Shown here in pieces: positions 60,021 to 64,000 of a DNA stretch of 64,000 nt (positions within the stretch are counted from its first letter, which is position 1; each line of letters begins with the position of its first letter). Made by a program: the position numbers and the translations under genes. Source of the DNA: Felis catus (Eukaryota); NCBI RefSeq assembly GCF_018350175.1, contig NC_058368.1:93932001-93996000 (forward strand). Reading direction: 5' to 3'. The notes under the pieces were generated by a model, which saw only the letters and a list, made by a program, of their open reading frames with translations, did not search any database and had not been told where the DNA came from.

Positions 60021-60691
60021 CATGTGTTTAACCTGTGTTTGTGTTCTGATGTAGAAAAAAGTCTAAAACCGAAAGCTAGGATGTACTTGTGTGGTGTTCC
60101 GTTATATCATCTATTTCCCCCAGACTGAGGACAGATTGGCAACCTGTGACTACGTTCTTGGGGTTAGTGTCTCTGCATCTTCTTTTCCTGCCCCACTCAC
60201 CATGACACAGTAGCCCAGGTGTTAGTAGTTACACGTGATTTCCAACTAGTCCCTGTGTGGTCAAAGCCATTCAGTATAAAGAGAAATGCTGAGCTGATAA
60301 TTACGCCCGAGACACCCTCCCAGCTTAGGTCAGGCTTCATCACAGATCATGTTTTGTTTTGTTTCGTTTTGTTTTCATGGAAACATTCATTACTACAGGA
60401 AACGGCGTCGTTCACTTATTTGCTGCCTTGTTCATTGCCTGTCTCTTCTTACTACAACAGGCTTTCTACGATGTTAGGAAACTTGTCTTTTTAATTCATT
60501 CCTGCGTCCCAACCACCTAGAAGACACACAGACACACTGGCACATAACGGAGATTCAGTAAATATTTGCTGAAGGAATGAATGCCCTAATGACTTTGGAA
60601 AGTACATGCAATGGAGCTATAAGTGAATCCCTAGCGAGAGTACTCAAGGACTTTAGAATCTTCTGGATAGAAGGACTCTATCGCATAGGTC

Positions 60692-60872
60692 ATTCAGAGT
60701 TGGCAAATTTATGTTAGAGGACCGGACAGTAAATACTTTAGGTTTCATGGGCCACGTGGTCTCTGCCATGGTGACTCAAGTTTGCCTTTGCAGCATGAAG
60801 CAGCCAGAGACAGACATGTACATGAACAGGCATGCCCTGTTCCAACAAAGCTTTGTGAACGAAAATGGTCAG
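60692..60872 (+). mobile_element. MER58A-like MITE, interrupted by an L1 (resumes ~61853)
   Basis: cagagttggcaaattt...ccggacagtaaatactttagg...gggccacgtggtctctg...gcagccagagac...tgttccaacaaagcttt. Confidence 0.85.
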
Positions 60873-61203
60873 CACAGCAATCTGAAAAGATATCTGTACT
60901 CCTATGTTTATTGTAGCGTTATTTACAACGTTTATTTATTTTTGGGACAGAGAGAGACAGAGCATGAACGGGGGAGGGGCAGAGAGAGAGGGAGACACAG
61001 AATCGGAAACAGGCTCCAGGCTCCGAGCCATCAGCCCAGAGCCTGACGCGGGGCTCGAACTCACGGACCGCGAGATCGTGACCTGGCTGACATCAGACGC
61101 TTAACCGACTGCGCCACCCAGGCACCCCTGTAGCGTTATTTACAGTAAGCAAGCTTGGAAGCAGCCTAAGTGCCCACTGATAAATGAACAGATAAAGAAA
61201 ATA

Positions 61204-61246
<43 letters not shown>

Positions 61247-61292
61247 AATAAATATATAGTATATAAGATGTGGAATATATATATATATGGAT

Positions 61293-61329
<37 letters not shown>

Positions 61330-61772
61330 GGAATATTATTCAGCCATAAAAAAGAATGAGATGCTGTCATTTACGACAGCATGGTTGGATCTAGAGGGTA
61401 TTAGGCTAAGTGAAATAAGTCAGACAGAGAAAGACAAATGTCATGTGATTTCACTTATAAGTGGAATCCAAAAACAAACAGACTCATACATACTGAGAAC
61501 AAACTGGTGGTTGCTGGAGGGGAGGCAGGTGAGGGGATGCTCGAAATAGATGAAGGGTGAGGGGGAACGCACTTCCAGTTATAAACTAAGTAAGTCACAG
61601 AGACGAAGAGTACAAGCATAGGGAATATAGCCAATAATATTGTAATAACATATTATAAGTAGCGTGGTGACTACTTATCATGGTGAACACGGAGTAATGT
61701 ATAGAATTGTAAAATCCGTGTCTTGTACACCTGAAACTAATATAACTATTAGTCAACTATACTTCAACAATA

Positions 61773-61811
<39 letters not shown>

Positions 61812-61843
61812 AAGGAAGTTGAGAACCAGGAAAAAAAATAAAT
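60873..61843 (+). mobile_element. 5'-truncated carnivore L1 with internal (TA)n and (CA)n and a (TAAA)n tail
   Basis: TMEYYSAIKKNEMLSFTTAWLDLEGIRLSEISQTEKDK ORF2 end; TSD aatggtcag (60864-60872 / 61844-61852). Confidence 0.93.
60928..61128 (-). mobile_element. Young, CpG-rich Can-SINE without a poly(A) tail
   Basis: perfect 16-bp TSD tgtagcgttatttaca (60912-60927 / 61129-61144); many intact CpGs. Confidence 0.96.
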
Positions 61844-62068
61844 AATGGTCAGTGATGGGCTGAAATCTGCTGACCGCTTTCATACCCACAGCATCCCAGT
61901 GGCTTTCTAAGAACACATTTACCAAGGGCAATTAAAGGAAAATATAAGGATGTTACTCTGAAGTTTTTCATCAAGCTTCATGTTTTCAACTTAAAAAACA
62001 TTTTTTTTTGTTTTTTCTGACTATCTGTCCTTCTTAGTGTTTTGATCATCAAAATATTTCTTCAGATC

Positions 62069-62260
62069 GGGGTGCCTGGGTCGCTCAGTCGGTTAAGCAT
62101 CCGACTCTTGATGCCGGCTCAGGTCATGATCTCACAGTTCCTGGGTTCGAGCTCCACGTTGGGCCCTGTGCTGATAGTGCAGAGCCTGCTTGGGATTCTC
62201 TCTCTCCCTCTCTCTCTGCCCCTCCTGCCCTCTCTCTCTCAAAATAAATAAACTTAAAAA
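62069..62260 (+). mobile_element. Can-SINE
   Basis: TSD atatttcttcagatc. Confidence 0.96.
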
Positions 62261-62838
62261 AATATATTTCTTCAGATCAACTATGGTGATAACAAATTCA
62301 TTTTGAGTTGTTAACATTGTCAATATCCTTGGAACAACAGAAGTGAGCACCATTCGTGAAGTGCCAAGGTATATTTTGGACATTCTTCCTATCCAGGCAA
62401 CTCGAGCCACTGAGGACCACCGCAGCACTGTCCCGTACACCCATCTCATTCTACAGCCTGGTCCTCATTTACAGTCAAGAGAGCCCTTTCTATCTCAGGT
62501 GTGCAGGAGACTTTAGAAGTGGACAGAATCCAGGGAGGGACAGAGAACTAAGCACCAGGAGAAAGCTACCCCACCCTGTGTAACTGTCTTGGCATAACTA
62601 CAGTTTTTGGAAGAAAAGCAGCATCCCGAAAGGTTACCTAGGGGGCTGACACCACCCTGAAACATCTTCAGCCTGTTGGTGAAAACAGAAAAGTGAAGGA
62701 CTGGGCTGTAATTATCCAGATAACTCAGATCTCAAAACAACTTTGCCTGACCACTAAGGCAAAAGGTAAGAAACAAAGACCTTTACACAATTCAAACAAT
62801 TGTTTTAGTCATTTTTTGCATGTGCAGACCTATTTAAA

Positions 62839-63058
62839 TTTTTTTTAATGTTTACTTATTTTTGAGAGAGAAAGAGAGAGAGAGACAGATCACAAGTGGG
62901 GGAGGGGCAAAGAGAGAGGGAAGCACAGAATCCAAAGCAGGCTGCAAGCTCTGAGCCATCAGCACAGAACCCAACATGGGGCTCAAACCCACAAACCATA
63001 AGATCATGACCTGAGCCGAAGTCAGTCGCTTAACCAACTGAGCCACCCAGGTTTCCTG
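62839..63058 (-). mobile_element. Can-SINE
   Basis: TSD atgtgcagac(c/a)tatttaaa. Confidence 0.96.
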
Positions 63059-63235
63059 AATGTGCAGACATATTTAAACCCTGGAGTCAAGGAGGATGGG
63101 GCTGGGGGTTACTTCTTCTAAGCAAAGCACAGTGGCTACTGCATGCAGCTATCAGACCCAAGCACTAGTGTCAATGAAGCAACTGACCCTGAATAGAGAG
63201 AGGATTCTATTTAAACAAAATAAAGAATCACATCA

Positions 63236-63453
63236 GGGGTGCCTGGGTGGCTCCATTGGTTAAGCGTCCGACTCTTGATTTTTGGCTCAGGTCATGATCT
63301 CATGGTTTGTGGGATCGAGCCCCATGTCAGGCTCTGCGTTGACAGCACAGAGCCTGCTTGGGATTCTTTGTCTCCTTCTTTCTCTGCCCCTCCCTTGCTT
63401 GCTCTGTCTCTCAAAATAAATAAATAAACATGAAAAAAAAACTAAAAAAAAAA
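63236..63453 (+). mobile_element. Can-SINE
   Basis: canonical head, body and tail. Confidence 0.95.
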
Positions 63454-63749
63454 ATTGCATTCGCTTCTTTTTGTCTATTAAAAGATCATTAGTGTGAGAT
63501 AAGAGCTGGAAACAGCATAAAGAAAGTTAGATTTAAATAAAAGTTGTTTGATGAGATAGTTCCAGGAATCAGAGACCCAAGTAAACACACCAAAATGTCA
63601 GTAGTTGTTACGTCTGGATAGTGCAATAGTAATGATGCTCATTCTTTCCAAATCTTCAAAATTATGCATACACTATGTATTTAATCCTTTTTAAAGGCAG
63701 AAAAATTTACTCTCAAATGATATATCAGTATATAGATATTTCTTTTTAA

Positions 63750-63960
63750 TGCATTTAAAATGTTCACCCCTTCAGTAAATATTTACAGTTCATTAGGCAC
63801 AAGATGATATCTAAGACACAGGAGTCCAAAAAGATGCCTGAGATATGATCCTTTCCTCAAGAAGTGCACAACTGAATGAACAACATTTAGCAACAAATGA
63901 TGTCATTACAAATACTACAAAAGGCATAAAGTGTTGTTAGAGGTATGTATGTTGAGAGAA
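63750..63960 (-). mobile_element. L2 3' end
   Basis: ttcagtaaatatttac...taggcac...gatatgatcctttcctcaagaagtgcaca. Confidence 0.55.
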
Positions 63961-64000
63961 ACTACTCATTTTGTGAGGAAAGAAATGTGAATGCCAATGT

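Noticed and set aside
126..63427. Dozens of 60-140 aa ORFs with motifs like GAPGWLSRLS, AQVMISQFMSSSP, LSLSLSLK, ERERER
   Set aside because: These are translations of Can-SINE consensus and microsatellites; their recurrence reflects repeat copy number, not a gene family
240..63453. SINE heads as tRNA genes
   Set aside because: They are tRNA-derived with A/B boxes but run into SINE bodies or lack a complete cloverleaf
1..64000. Naming a host gene or chromosome
   Set aside because: No exon matched a protein I recognise; a BLAT/liftOver search is required

Overview
Mammalian genomic DNA, almost certainly from a felid: about 57 tRNA-derived Can-SINEs match the cat SINEC_Fc-type architecture, and the LINE-1 3' ends are carnivore-type. 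The window is repeat-dominated intergenic or intronic sequence. Besides the SINEs it holds several 5'-truncated L1s of different ages, old L2/MIR/HAL1 relics, ERVL/MaLR solo LTRs (MLT1, MLT2, MER21-like) and DNA-transposon MITEs (MER5, MER58, MER102, Tigger1- and Tigger2-derived). I cannot support any intact protein-coding gene, RNA gene or CRISPR array. The only ORFs recognisable as protein are dead L1 ORF2 C-terminal fragments; the rest are SINE, microsatellite or chance read-through. I found no new biological system that I can defend. The best leads are: (1) an apparent AT->GC substitution and CpG-gain domain at about 11-20 kb, visible by comparing L1 copies within the window; (2) atypical retrotransposition scars (a twin-primed L1 with a non-L1 3' tag, a SINE plus ~106 extra nt inside a perfect 16-bp TSD, a tail-less young SINE, L1 target-site re-use); (3) a strongly bounded minus-strand candidate exon at 59205-59365, possibly part of an unidentified spliced transcript. 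Repeat family names come from my recall of consensus sequences, not from a search. Boundaries are approximate unless a TSD is quoted.
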